Source of the DNA: Parcubacteria group bacterium Gr01-1014_3
GTDB taxonomy: Bacteria > Patescibacteriota > Minisyncoccia > UBA6257 > WO2-44-18
Direction of reading: 5' to 3'
NCBI GenBank assembly: GCA_007376445.1
Contig: VMGF01000001.1
Span: forward strand, 316,203 to 380,202
Length of the DNA stretch: 64,000 nt
Within the stretch, counting starts at the first letter, position 1. Every line of letters begins with the position of its first letter. This document shows positions 1 through 9,018 of the stretch, one piece after another. The translations under genes and the position numbers were made by a program. The notes beneath the pieces were generated by a model that made no database searches, was not told the DNA's origin, and saw nothing but the letters and a program-made list of their open reading frames with translations.

Positions 1-1458
1 ATTCCTATCATTGCCGATGAAAAGATCGATCTGGCTTTTGGCACGGGCGCGGTAAAGGTGACACCGGCGCACGATATGCTGGATTCCGAGATCGGTGAGC
101 GTCACCAACTGCCGAAATACGAAATTATCAATGAGCGAGGCAAGATGACTGACGTCGCTGGCGCGGAATTCACCGGTTTGAAAGTGGCCGAAGCTCGTGA
201 AAAGGTGGTGAAAAAACTAGAAGAGGCAGGACTCATCGAGAAAGTGGAAGATTATAAGCACAACGTGGCGATCTGCTATCGCTCCGCCACGGTACTGGAA
301 CCGCTTTTGAGCAATCAGTGGTTTTTGAAGATGGCCGAGCTGGCGAAAGAAACCCTCAAAACCATGAAGTCCGGAAAAACCAAGATTTTGCCGGAAAATT
401 TTGAAAGAACCGCCACGGCTTGGCTAGAGAATATCCGAGATTGGTGCATTTCTCGCCAGATCTGGTGGGGACATCAGCTACCTGTTTGGTTTTGCGAAAA
501 ACAAACAGGAATTTCCAATTCTCAAGTTCCAATTTCCAATGAAAATTTAAAATTGAAAATTGAAAATTCATCGGCGACCAAGGATTTCGTTGTTGCAATT
601 GAAAAACCTATCAAATGCCCATTTTGTAAAAATTGTATCATGGAGCAGTCGGCCGATGTACTAGATACCTGGTTTTCTTCGGCGCTTTGGCCGTTCGCGG
701 GTTTATCGGATAAGGATATAAAGGACTTTTATCCGTCTAGCGTATTGATCACCGCGCGCGACATCATCAATCTCTGGGTTTCCCGCATGATCTATTCCGG
801 TTTGGAGTTCCAAAAAGCCACACCGTTCCCGGAAGTTCTGATTCACGCCACGATTTTAACCAAAGATGGCCAAAGAATGTCCAAGAGCAAGGGGACGGGC
901 ATTGATCCGGTGGAACTGATCGATAAATATGGCGCGGACGCGACCCGCTTCGGTATTATTTGGCAGGCCATGGGCACTCAGGACATCCGCTGGGATGAGA
1001 CGGCGGTGCAGGGTGGCAAGAAATTCGCCAATAAACTTTGGAATATCGCCAAATTCATTCAAGGCAAATTAGCGAATAGCGAATTTAGTACGAATAAACG
1101 AATAAACGAATTTGGAATTCGTAAATTAGAGAAGGATTCGTTATTAGTTGATCAGGAAGATAAAGAAATCTTGGCAAAACTGGAAACTTTGAAATCGGAA
1201 GTAGAAAAAGACACCAAAAACTACGAACTTGGCCAGTCTCTGCACAAAATTTATGAATTCGTGTGGCATGAGGTGGCCGATAAATACCTTGAGGCCTCCA
1301 AGAAGCGCGAAGACGAAAATGTTAAAATGGTATTAGGGTATATTTTGCAAGAATCATTAAAGATCTTGCACCCATATATGCCCTTTATCACGGAAGAGAT
1401 CTACCAAAAGCTTTCCGATCGCCCCGGCGAGAGCTGGCTGATCGTTGAGCAGGTTTAG
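1..1458 (+). CDS. valS: valyl-tRNA synthetase, C-terminal part (5' end lies outside the window)
   Basis: The frame is open from nt 1 and begins IPIIADEKIDLAFGTGAVKVTPAHD, the class I ValRS motif. A KMSKS-type motif MSKSKGTGIDP and a coiled-coil C-terminus follow. The stop is TAG at 1456-1458. It carries an in-frame low-complexity insert ISNSQVPISNENLKLKIEN encoded by ttccaa/gaaaatt repeats. Confidence 0.9.
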   Translation: MPIIADEKIDLAFGTGAVKVTPAHDMLDSEIGERHQLPKYEIINERGKMTDVAGAEFTGLKVAEAREKVVKKLEEAGLIEKVEDYKHNVAICYRSATVLEPLLSNQWFLKMAELAKETLKTMKSGKTKILPENFERTATAWLENIRDWCISRQIWWGHQLPVWFCEKQTGISNSQVPISNENLKLKIENSSATKDFVVAIEKPIKCPFCKNCIMEQSADVLDTWFSSALWPFAGLSDKDIKDFYPSSVLITARDIINLWVSRMIYSGLEFQKATPFPEVLIHATILTKDGQRMSKSKGTGIDPVELIDKYGADATRFGIIWQAMGTQDIRWDETAVQGGKKFANKLWNIAKFIQGKLANSEFSTNKRINEFGIRKLEKDSLLVDQEDKEILAKLETLKSEVEKDTKNYELGQSLHKIYEFVWHEVADKYLEASKKREDENVKMVLGYILQESLKILHPYMPFITEEIYQKLSDRPGESWLIVEQV

Positions 1459-1465
1459 ACGAATG

Positions 1466-1523
1466 CCAGGTAGTGAAAACTCGAGCCTGCCTGGCAAAAA
1501 ACACTCGAGTTTCTACTACCTGG
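1466..1523. repeat. Family A inverted-repeat element, copy 1 (58 nt; CCAGGTAGTGAAAACTCGAG ... CTCGAGTTTCTACTACCTGG)
   Basis: It is a near-perfect palindrome filling the valS-to-next-gene spacer. It ends 1 nt before the ATG at 1525. The same termini recur at 40637 and 48564. Confidence 0.85.
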
Positions 1524-1524
1524 A

Positions 1525-2223
1525 ATGCTGATCTTCAACTATATTTTACTTACAATTCTCGGCCTCGCGCCAAGCCTTACCTGGCTGGTTTTTTATCTCC
1601 GCGAGGACGCGAATCACCCCGAACCGCGCAAGCTTCTTTTATATACTTTCCTGTCCGGCGCCGTCATCACGCTGATGGTGCTTCAGATCCAGCTGATCGT
1701 GAATCGCTGGCTGGTGAATTCTGGCGTGGATGGCTACGGATCGATCTCATTCTTAATGCTGGCGATCGTGGAGGAGTTCTTTAAATTTCTGGCTGTCTAT
1801 TTGGTGATCCGATATCGGCCGGAGTTTGATGAGCCGGTGGACGCGATGATTTATATGATAGTCGGAGCGCTTGGTTTTGCCGCGGTGGAGAACGTGGCCT
1901 CGGTTTTTCAGGCGACTGGTTCCTTTTTCCCGAAACCTGGTCCGTTGGAGACCACTATCTTGCGGTTCGTGGGCGCGACCCTGCTTCACACGCTTGCTTC
2001 CGGTTTCGTGGGTTATGAGTGGGGAAAGGCTAAGGCGGAGGGCCGGGACCCAAAGTTCAGCATTTTCATCGGCCTTGTCGGCGCCACTTTATTGCACGCA
2101 ATTTTCAATTATCTTATAATTAAATCAGGTCCGGTAACGCTGCCGATAGTGCTCCTGGTTCTGGTAGCGCCGTTTCTTCTTAGCGATTTTGAAAAACTGA
2201 AACATCTCCGGAATAAAATTTAA
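1525..2223 (+). CDS. PrsW-family intramembrane metalloprotease-like membrane protein
   Basis: It is a multi-TM protein with EEFFKFL, FAAVEN and HTLASGF motifs resembling the PrsW EExxK / FxxxEN / H signature. Confidence 0.55.
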   Translation: MLIFNYILLTILGLAPSLTWLVFYLREDANHPEPRKLLLYTFLSGAVITLMVLQIQLIVNRWLVNSGVDGYGSISFLMLAIVEEFFKFLAVYLVIRYRPEFDEPVDAMIYMIVGALGFAAVENVASVFQATGSFFPKPGPLETTILRFVGATLLHTLASGFVGYEWGKAKAEGRDPKFSIFIGLVGATLLHAIFNYLIIKSGPVTLPIVLLVLVAPFLLSDFEKLKHLRNKI

Positions 2224-2227
2224 AACA

Positions 2228-2698
2228 ATGAATGAAGAAATAAAAAAAGAAGACGTAGATATGGAGGTGGACGGCGATAACGCCGAAGTTGAGATACAAC
2301 TCGCCAAGTCAGGTTCTTCCGTTAAAGAGCGGAAAGCTAAATCCGTCTCCGACGACGAATACGATGACGACGGCCAGCTGACCATCGATGTCTATCAGAG
2401 CCCCGATGAGATCATCCTAGAATCTCCAATCGCTGGTGTGCGGCCGGAGGATGTGGATGTTTCTATCACCAACGAATCCGTGACTATTAAAGGAAAGCGC
2501 GAGCATGAGCGCCGTGTCCGCGACGATGATTATTTTTATCAGGAATGCTATTGGGGGCGCTTTTCTCGCTCTATAATCCTTCCGCAAGAAGTAGACGCGG
2601 AACGTTCCGAGGCTTTTATAAAAAATGGCGTGCTGACGGTCAGGATGCCGAAGCTGAACCGGCAGAGATCCAAGAAACTTCACGTGAAATCGGAGTAA
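2228..2698 (+). CDS. Hsp20 / alpha-crystallin small heat shock protein
   Basis: The alpha-crystallin domain has the pattern LTIDVYQSP...VTIKGKRE...GRFSRSIILP...NGVLTVRMPK. It has an acidic N-terminal extension. Confidence 0.8.
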   Translation: MNEEIKKEDVDMEVDGDNAEVEIQLAKSGSSVKERKAKSVSDDEYDDDGQLTIDVYQSPDEIILESPIAGVRPEDVDVSITNESVTIKGKREHERRVRDDDYFYQECYWGRFSRSIILPQEVDAERSEAFIKNGVLTVRMPKLNRQRSKKLHVKSE

Positions 2699-2807
2699 AT
2701 CCCACGCATAAGCTTTATGTATGGGACGAAAATCCCGCTGGACAAGCGGGGTTTTTCTATGTAAAATTTGGGCAGTTGTACTTTGAAACTCAAAGTGAGG
2801 AAAAAAT

Positions 2808-3761
2808 ATGGGCATCGCGCTTGTGCTGCACGGAGGCGGATTCGCCGGCGCTAAGCAGGTTGGTTTTGCTAAAGAACTTTGGGCTCGAGGCAAGATTCCA
2901 TCGGTTATTCAGGTGGTTTCAGTCGGCGCGCTTAACGGCGCCGGGTTAGTCGAGGTTGGTCCCGAAGAAGTTGAACGACGCTGGCGGTTGATTGAAAGAA
3001 ATGGTCCCAGCTCGATTTTTAATTGGAAGGGCATGCCTTTCCATCTCATATCAATGTCTAACGCGCTCCTGAGCGATTACGGACTGAACGAGTTGGTGAA
3101 GCAACTCGATATGAGCAAGATCGTTTCCTCGCCGATCCGGCTGGAGGTGGCAGTTAGGAACGAAACAACTAATCAGCTGATGTTTTTTTCTAATCACGAC
3201 CTGGATATCAAAGAGAATCCAGAAATTCTTCGCAAGGCGATCAAAGCCTCAGCTAGCCTGCCGGGTATTTTCCCACCGGTTGAGATAAATGGAGAATATT
3301 ATTCTGATGCCTACTGCTTCGATCTGGAGCGCTTAGCGAAATTCGAAACAATTTTATTATTGATGAATGAAGAGCCTAAGGCGAACAAAGACCTTCATTC
3401 CCTGCCCTCATATCAGAGACTTTTTGTGGGATTCAACGAGATCCTGGACGATCTGGTGGAACTGAAAATCGATTCTTTCGTAGATAAGCATCCTGAGTTC
3501 AAGAGAATTAAGATCAGCTCCAATCTTGGAATCTTCGATCGGATTAAGAAAAAGCTGGCTGACGCGGCTTCTAAGATATTGGAAGCGCTGGACCTTAAAG
3601 ATTCACGCCAGCTTATCGTGATCAGTCCGGAATACAGTCTTCCTACTTTGAGACTCGATAGCTTTCACCTGCCTACCAAGACCCAGGAAGGCGATATTGG
3701 TAAGGCGATAAGACTTAGTCAGGAACAGGCCAGGCAGCTTCTGGATCAGTTAGAAATTTAA
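2808..3761 (+). CDS. patatin-like phospholipase family protein (motifs degenerate)
   Basis: It has an N-terminal LHGGGFAGAKQVGF glycine-rich loop and a VSVGALNGA nucleophile-elbow-like segment. The canonical GxSxG is not perfect. A hairpin plus T-run terminator lies at about 3765-3795. Confidence 0.4.
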   Translation: MGIALVLHGGGFAGAKQVGFAKELWARGKIPSVIQVVSVGALNGAGLVEVGPEEVERRWRLIERNGPSSIFNWKGMPFHLISMSNALLSDYGLNELVKQLDMSKIVSSPIRLEVAVRNETTNQLMFFSNHDLDIKENPEILRKAIKASASLPGIFPPVEINGEYYSDAYCFDLERLAKFETILLLMNEEPKANKDLHSLPSYQRLFVGFNEILDDLVELKIDSFVDKHPEFKRIKISSNLGIFDRIKKKLADAASKILEALDLKDSRQLIVISPEYSLPTLRLDSFHLPTKTQEGDIGKAIRLSQEQARQLLDQLEI

Positions 3762-3866
3762 GTCCCCTTTCGAAAGAAGGGGACTTTTGAATTTCACGGC
3801 CCATTTTTTATTGCGCCGGATTTAACTATCCTAGTGGCTAATCGCTAGTCGCTATATACTATTTAC

Positions 3867-4385
3867 ATGGTGGAATTCGCGACCGAGGGAATTGTTTTAG
3901 ATAAGGAAGATGTTGGCGATTACGACGCCAAAGTTTTTTTATACACCCGGGATTTCGGCAAAATTCAGGGTAAGGTAAAAAGTTTAAGAAAAATCACCTC
4001 CAAGCTAGCCGGCCACCTCGAGCCTTTGAATATGGTGTCTGTCCGGCTGATCAGTAGAAATATTAATTTTTCCAATTTTCAAATTGTGGATGCCCTCAAG
4101 ACCGGGCAACTGCCTTCCACAACCGGCCGGATGACCGCCTTAAGATTGATCAAGGAAATCGCGCCGGAGGGGAATATGGATCTCGCGCTTTGGGATCTTC
4201 TAGTTGGTGGAGAACTTTCCGCCGCCAAAGTTCTTTCTTTGTTGGGTTTTGACCCGACCTTTGCCAGCTGCCAGCAGTGTGGTGATAAAAAACAGCTCAA
4301 TTTTTTAATTAAAAACCTGAACTATTTCTGCGCCCCATGCCTTTCCGTGGCATCTATCTCTGAAAAGGTTTTTGTTCTAAAATAA
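3867..4385 (+). CDS. recO: DNA repair protein RecO (short form)
   Basis: It has an N-terminal OB-fold region GIVLDKEDVGDYDAKVFLYTRDFGKIQGKVKSLRK and a C-terminal CQQCG...CAPC zinc finger. Confidence 0.6.
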   Translation: MVEFATEGIVLDKEDVGDYDAKVFLYTRDFGKIQGKVKSLRKITSKLAGHLEPLNMVSVRLISRNINFSNFQIVDALKTGQLPSTTGRMTALRLIKEIAPEGNMDLALWDLLVGGELSAAKVLSLLGFDPTFASCQQCGDKKQLNFLIKNLNYFCAPCLSVASISEKVFVLK

Positions 4386-4390
4386 GGGAA

Positions 4391-6109
4391 ATGACTCGAA
4401 CGACCAAGATTATTATTATTTTCTCGGTAGTCGCCGCTTTGGCGCTTTCGACTATTCTATATTTTGCTTATCAGGCCAGGATCGGGAGTGGTTTTGAGAT
4501 CGAGTTAAAGATGCCCGATCAAGTTTTCGTGGGCGTGCCGTTCGATCTGGATGTGAATCTGATCAATAATTCCGGAAATCCGCTTCAAAATGTCCAATTA
4601 TTCGTGCAGTTGCCGGAGGGCGTGGCCTTCGTGGGTTCACCGGCGACTAAGAGCGTGGATGTGCGCGATATGAAAAACATCGGCGACGGCGGACTTCAGC
4701 AGCAGGTCTATAAGCTGATCGTCTCCAGTGGCGAGAATAGCATCAAGCAGATATTCGCGCGCGCCATTTATTCTTCCGGTTCATTAAAGTCTCGTTTTGA
4801 AAGACGGCAAGAGCAGGAGTTGGCGGTGGGCGGATACGGACTTCAGCTGGATATTTCCACTCCGCAAAAAACTTTCAGCGGCGAAGATTTTGATATCGAG
4901 GTTTTTTATAAAAATGTTTCCGATCAGGATTTCTCCGACCTCAAACTTAAGCTCGACTACCCGCCAACTTTCAATTTCAAGAAATCTACTTTAAAGCCGG
5001 ACACGGGAAATAATATCTGGGTGCTTGGCGGACTTCGCAAAGGTTCGGAAATGAAGTTTAAAGTTACCGGCAATCTTGTCGGTCCCGATGGTTCCTTCTT
5101 CGATCTCAAGGCCGCGGTGGAGGCGAATCTTTCCGGACATAACTATCCGGTCAATGTAAAAACCGCGACTCTTTCAATCGCGCCATCACCGCTTTCTATC
5201 CGCATCGAGCTTAATGACAATCCGGATTATGTAGCCAAGGCCGGTGACAGCCTGAACTACACCCTTACATATGTAAACAATACCGATACCGGCTTGCGGG
5301 ATGTGGTCATCCGCGCCCAGTTGGTTGGCGCGATGTTTGATGTCGGCACTCTTTCGACTAATGGAAGTCTGCGCTCTTCCGACAACACGATCATCTGGAA
5401 CGCTTCCAATGTGCCGCAGCTGGCCAGTTTGCCGCCGGGCGCGAATGGCAATGTGGACTTTACCCTCCGGGCCAAGAATGATTTTCCAATCAAGCGCTTG
5501 AGTGATAAGAATTTTACTTTGAAAGTTGCCTCGGTGATCGAATCTCCAACCGTTCCGCAATTCGTGGAAGCCACGAAGACGATGGGCGCCTCTACTCTGG
5601 AGACGAAAGTTGGCGGGCAGATAAAGCTGGAGGCTAAGGTATTTTTCCGGGACGCCGAGTCGGGGATCATCAATAAAGGCCCCCTGCCGCTGAAAGTCGG
5701 TAAGCCGACTCAGTTCACCGTGCATTGGATCCTGACCAACTATGGCACGGATGTAAAAACTATCCAGGTGCGCGCGTTTTTGGGCGGTAATGTGAAGTAC
5801 GCCGGAGTTTCCAAGAGCACGACCGGGCAGTCGCCAGTTTATAACGACAACGCCCAGGAGATGTATTGGGATGTGAACCGCATCGCGGCTGGAACTGGCG
5901 TGGTGAATAAACCAGCCGAGGCGATCTTCCAGATCGAGGCGACACCCTCGGTGACGAACTTAAATCAGTTCATGGATTTGATCCAGAAGAGCACGCTGAC
6001 CGGTATCGATGAATTTACTAACCTTGAAATCAAGGCCGATGATCAATCTGTTTCTTCGAGTTTGCCGGATGATCCGACGGCGAGCGGGCAAGGCATAGTG
6101 GTACAATAA
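4391..6109 (+). CDS. hypothetical membrane-anchored extracellular protein (N-terminal TM, beta-rich repeats)
   Basis: The N-terminal TM helix is IIIIFSVVAALALSTILYF. It is followed by a long T/S/N/V-rich region with repeated blocks of the type LxYTLTYxNNTD. Confidence 0.4.
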   Translation: MTRTTKIIIIFSVVAALALSTILYFAYQARIGSGFEIELKMPDQVFVGVPFDLDVNLINNSGNPLQNVQLFVQLPEGVAFVGSPATKSVDVRDMKNIGDGGLQQQVYKLIVSSGENSIKQIFARAIYSSGSLKSRFERRQEQELAVGGYGLQLDISTPQKTFSGEDFDIEVFYKNVSDQDFSDLKLKLDYPPTFNFKKSTLKPDTGNNIWVLGGLRKGSEMKFKVTGNLVGPDGSFFDLKAAVEANLSGHNYPVNVKTATLSIAPSPLSIRIELNDNPDYVAKAGDSLNYTLTYVNNTDTGLRDVVIRAQLVGAMFDVGTLSTNGSLRSSDNTIIWNASNVPQLASLPPGANGNVDFTLRAKNDFPIKRLSDKNFTLKVASVIESPTVPQFVEATKTMGASTLETKVGGQIKLEAKVFFRDAESGIINKGPLPLKVGKPTQFTVHWILTNYGTDVKTIQVRAFLGGNVKYAGVSKSTTGQSPVYNDNAQEMYWDVNRIAAGTGVVNKPAEAIFQIEATPSVTNLNQFMDLIQKSTLTGIDEFTNLEIKADDQSVSSSLPDDPTASGQGIVVQ

Positions 6110-6114
6110 TTCCT

Positions 6115-7446
6115 ATGGATTTAATGGATAAAATACTTAGTCTTTCCAAGCGGCGGGGTTTTATTTTCCCTGGTTCAGAAATTTATGGCGGATTAGCCAA
6201 CTCTTGGGATTACGGCCCGCTTGGCGCGGAGTTAAAAAAGAATATCAAAGACGAATGGTGGAAGCGGTTTGTGCGCCAGCGGCCTGATGTGGTGGGCATC
6301 GATGCCGCTTTGATCATGAATCCGAAAGTCTGGGAAGCCTCCGGTCATGTGGCCGGTTTTTCCGATCCGTTGGTGGAGTGCAAAAAATGCCATGAGCGAT
6401 TCCGGGCGGATCATGTTGATGGTACGAAATGTCCTAGTTGCGGCGGTGAGCTGATGGCTCCGAAGCAGTTCAATCTAATGTTCAAGACCAATATTGGCCC
6501 TACGGAAGAACAGGGAAGCGAGGTTTATTTACGGCCGGAGACGGCGCAGGCGATGTTTGTGGATTTTAAAAATGTATTGGATACGACCCGCAAGCGGCTG
6601 CCGTTCGGCATCGCGCAGATGGGTAAAGCTTTTAGAAACGAAATTACGCCGGGTAACTTTATTTTCCGAACCCGCGAGTTCGAGCAGATGGAGATCGAAT
6701 ATTTCGTCAAAGAATCCGAGTGGGAAAAGCATTTTGAGGCGTGGCTGGAGGAGATGCGCTCCTGGCTCAAGCATCTGGGCGTGAAAAAATGGCACGAGCA
6801 GGAAATCCCGGATGGAGAACGGGCCCACTATTCCAAGCGCACTGTTGATATTGAGTATGATTATCCTTTTGGTCGGAAAGAGCTCTACGGCTTGGCTTAT
6901 CGGGGAAATTTTGACCTGACTCAACATGAGAAATTCAGTGGCCAGGATTTGAAGTACACCGATCCGGAGAATCCGAAAGAAAAATTCTTGCCGCATGTCA
7001 TTGAACCGACCTGGGGTGTGGACCGTTCGTTATTGGTAGCGATGCTGGAAGCGTACGCTGAGGAGGAAGTTAAAAGTTCAAAGTTAAAAGTTGAAAGTGA
7101 AAACGGAGAGGAAGAAGAGGACACCCGCGTGGTGATGCGTTTTCCGAAGTGGCTGGCGCCAGTCAAGGTGGCGATTTTGCCGCTTTCTAAAAAAGAAGAA
7201 CTCGCCAAAATAGCCAAGCCGCTACACGCGGAGCTGGCAAAAGAGTTTGCCTGTGAGTACGACGAGACGCAAAGTATCGGCAAGCGCTATCGCCGCCAGG
7301 ACGAGATCGGCACGCCATATTGCGTGACCGTGGATTTTGAAACCGCCAACGATCAGTCTGTCACCGTCCGCGATCGGGACACGATGAAGCAGGAGAGGAT
7401 TGCTATTAGTTCGCTCAAGCAGTATTTGATTGACAAATTAGCTTAA
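6115..7446 (+). CDS. glyQS: glycyl-tRNA synthetase (dimeric class II GlyQS type)
   Basis: The N-terminus RRGFIFPGSEIYGGLANSWDYGPLG is the GlyRS signature. Class II motifs and the anticodon-binding C-terminus are present. It carries an in-frame insert EEEVKSSKLKVESENGEEEED encoded by aagttaaaagtt repeats. Confidence 0.9.
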   Translation: MDLMDKILSLSKRRGFIFPGSEIYGGLANSWDYGPLGAELKKNIKDEWWKRFVRQRPDVVGIDAALIMNPKVWEASGHVAGFSDPLVECKKCHERFRADHVDGTKCPSCGGELMAPKQFNLMFKTNIGPTEEQGSEVYLRPETAQAMFVDFKNVLDTTRKRLPFGIAQMGKAFRNEITPGNFIFRTREFEQMEIEYFVKESEWEKHFEAWLEEMRSWLKHLGVKKWHEQEIPDGERAHYSKRTVDIEYDYPFGRKELYGLAYRGNFDLTQHEKFSGQDLKYTDPENPKEKFLPHVIEPTWGVDRSLLVAMLEAYAEEEVKSSKLKVESENGEEEEDTRVVMRFPKWLAPVKVAILPLSKKEELAKIAKPLHAELAKEFACEYDETQSIGKRYRRQDEIGTPYCVTVDFETANDQSVTVRDRDTMKQERIAISSLKQYLIDKLA

Positions 7447-7555
7447 AAGTCATACTATATATCCGCTCTTTGAAAGCTTGGTTTTCTGACAGTACTGCGC
7501 TGTCTGACAAGCTTTATTTTTTTCATCCGCGCATACCGGATGAAAGGAGGTTTAT

Positions 7556-8296
7556 ATGGCTGCGCATACCAGCCGTGAACTGGCAGAACTCCATATGCAT
7601 AGGCTATGGAGTGGCTCTGGGGGAATCGCTGAATTGGTTGCGAGGGATAAGCGAGACCCGGTAGAAGTAGCTGCAATACTGCAGGCTATCAAAGATGGTA
7701 AGACATTCGGCTGGCTGAGAGATCGAAGGTCGGAGGATCCTGATCACCTGCTTTATCAGTGGCAGAATCTCTACCTCGAGCTGGGTCTCAAGGTAGACAT
7801 CAGCAACCTCAAGATCCCGGCTCCCGAGCCCGGCTTCACCAGGCTGATCCTCATCCCGGAAGGCATGACACCCAACAAGGCGTTCGCCCTCCTCAAGAAG
7901 AAGACGCAGGCCTGGAAGTACACCGACAACCTCGATACGATCACCTCAATCCGCGACACCAAGAAGACCTATGTCATCTGGGTGCGAGACCGCCAGGAAG
8001 CCGACGAAGAACTCAAGAACAAGTCAGCCGACGATCTCAAGAGGGACGGCGTCAACTGCATCACTCTCATCGAGCGTCTACTCTACGAGTTGAAGTTCTT
8101 CACCGAAACCCTCCAAGGCGGGCAAGCCGGCAAGCACCTCGACGAGAAGAACTGGACGCTCTGTGCCGGCTCGCGTTTTCAGGATGGCAGCGTTCCGTAC
8201 ATGGACTGGGTTCCGGACGACGGCGGGGTCGGCGTCGGCTGGGGCTATGCCGACAGCCGGTTCGAGAGCATGCGCAGTCGTGTAGTAGTTTCGTAA
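7556..8296 (+). CDS. hypothetical protein, GC-rich with atypical codon usage
   Basis: It has a strong SD (aaaggagg) and a hairpin ttcatccg-cgcatac-cggatgaa just upstream. GC is about 60 percent against about 45 percent in its neighbours. A rho-independent terminator agccctccgacttaaagtcggagggcttttt follows at 8325-8355. Confidence 0.5.
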   Translation: MAAHTSRELAELHMHRLWSGSGGIAELVARDKRDPVEVAAILQAIKDGKTFGWLRDRRSEDPDHLLYQWQNLYLELGLKVDISNLKIPAPEPGFTRLILIPEGMTPNKAFALLKKKTQAWKYTDNLDTITSIRDTKKTYVIWVRDRQEADEELKNKSADDLKRDGVNCITLIERLLYELKFFTETLQGGQAGKHLDEKNWTLCAGSRFQDGSVPYMDWVPDDGGVGVGWGYADSRFESMRSRVVVS

Positions 8297-8410
8297 TCCT
8301 GGTCTCTGTTCTTTGTACTCCTAGCCCTCCGACTTAAAGTCGGAGGGCTTTTTAAATTATTGGAAATGTTTTAAAATACTCGCAGAACTTTTTAGTTAAG
8401 GAATGGCTAG

Positions 8411-8974
8411 ATGAGGTTCATTCTCGCCAGGCACTGCCAGACGGACGCGAATGTCCGCGGGCATATGCAGGGTCAGCTGGATTCGCCATTGAACGCTTTT
8501 GGTGAAGCGCAAGCCGAAGAGCTAGGCGTTCGTCTGCGGATCTTTTCGATCACGCGGATCGTTTGTTCGGATCTGCGGCGGGCCACTAAAACTGCCAGAA
8601 TCATTATCAAAAAGTTGTCCGAGAACGGAGCTAAGATACCAATCCGGCGCGATCGCCGATTGCGGGAAGTGGATTATGGCAGGATAGCGGGTTTGAGTTG
8701 GCGTCAGGCTGAATATCACTACAATATCCGCAAGGCGGATTACTGCAATCCCGAAGAAAACACCTTTGACTACACGACTTTTGGCGGTGAGAGCCGAAAG
8801 GCAGTAATAGACCGGCAGATGAAGCTGATTAATGAAATTGCCAGAAAATATCCCTGGGACGCGATCTTGCTGGTTGGCCACGGCAGTTCGCTGGCGGCTT
8901 TGCTCACCAGCTTGGGTCATGCCCCAAAAGCGCCACAAGGAAGTTTCCGAACATTAGAATATAACCCATCATAA
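8411..8974 (+). CDS. histidine phosphatase family protein (phosphoglycerate mutase-like)
   Basis: The RHCQT catalytic motif sits at the N-terminus, with LLVGHGSSLAAL near the C-terminus. Confidence 0.75.
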   Translation: MRFILARHCQTDANVRGHMQGQLDSPLNAFGEAQAEELGVRLRIFSITRIVCSDLRRATKTARIIIKKLSENGAKIPIRRDRRLREVDYGRIAGLSWRQAEYHYNIRKADYCNPEENTFDYTTFGGESRKAVIDRQMKLINEIARKYPWDAILLVGHGSSLAALLTSLGHAPKAPQGSFRTLEYNPS

Positions 8975-9018
8975 ATTCCCCGATAGAAATCGGGGAATTT
9001 TTTCTATATACTATCTCT

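Noticed and set aside
1473-1784. 103-aa ORF starting inside the Family A element and overlapping the PrsW-like gene
   Set aside because: It is out of frame with a well-supported membrane-protein gene and begins within a palindromic repeat.
7759-8337. 192-aa Arg/Pro-rich ORF overlapping the 7556-8296 gene
   Set aside because: It is an alternative-frame artefact typical of GC-rich DNA. It has no start context and an extreme Arg content.
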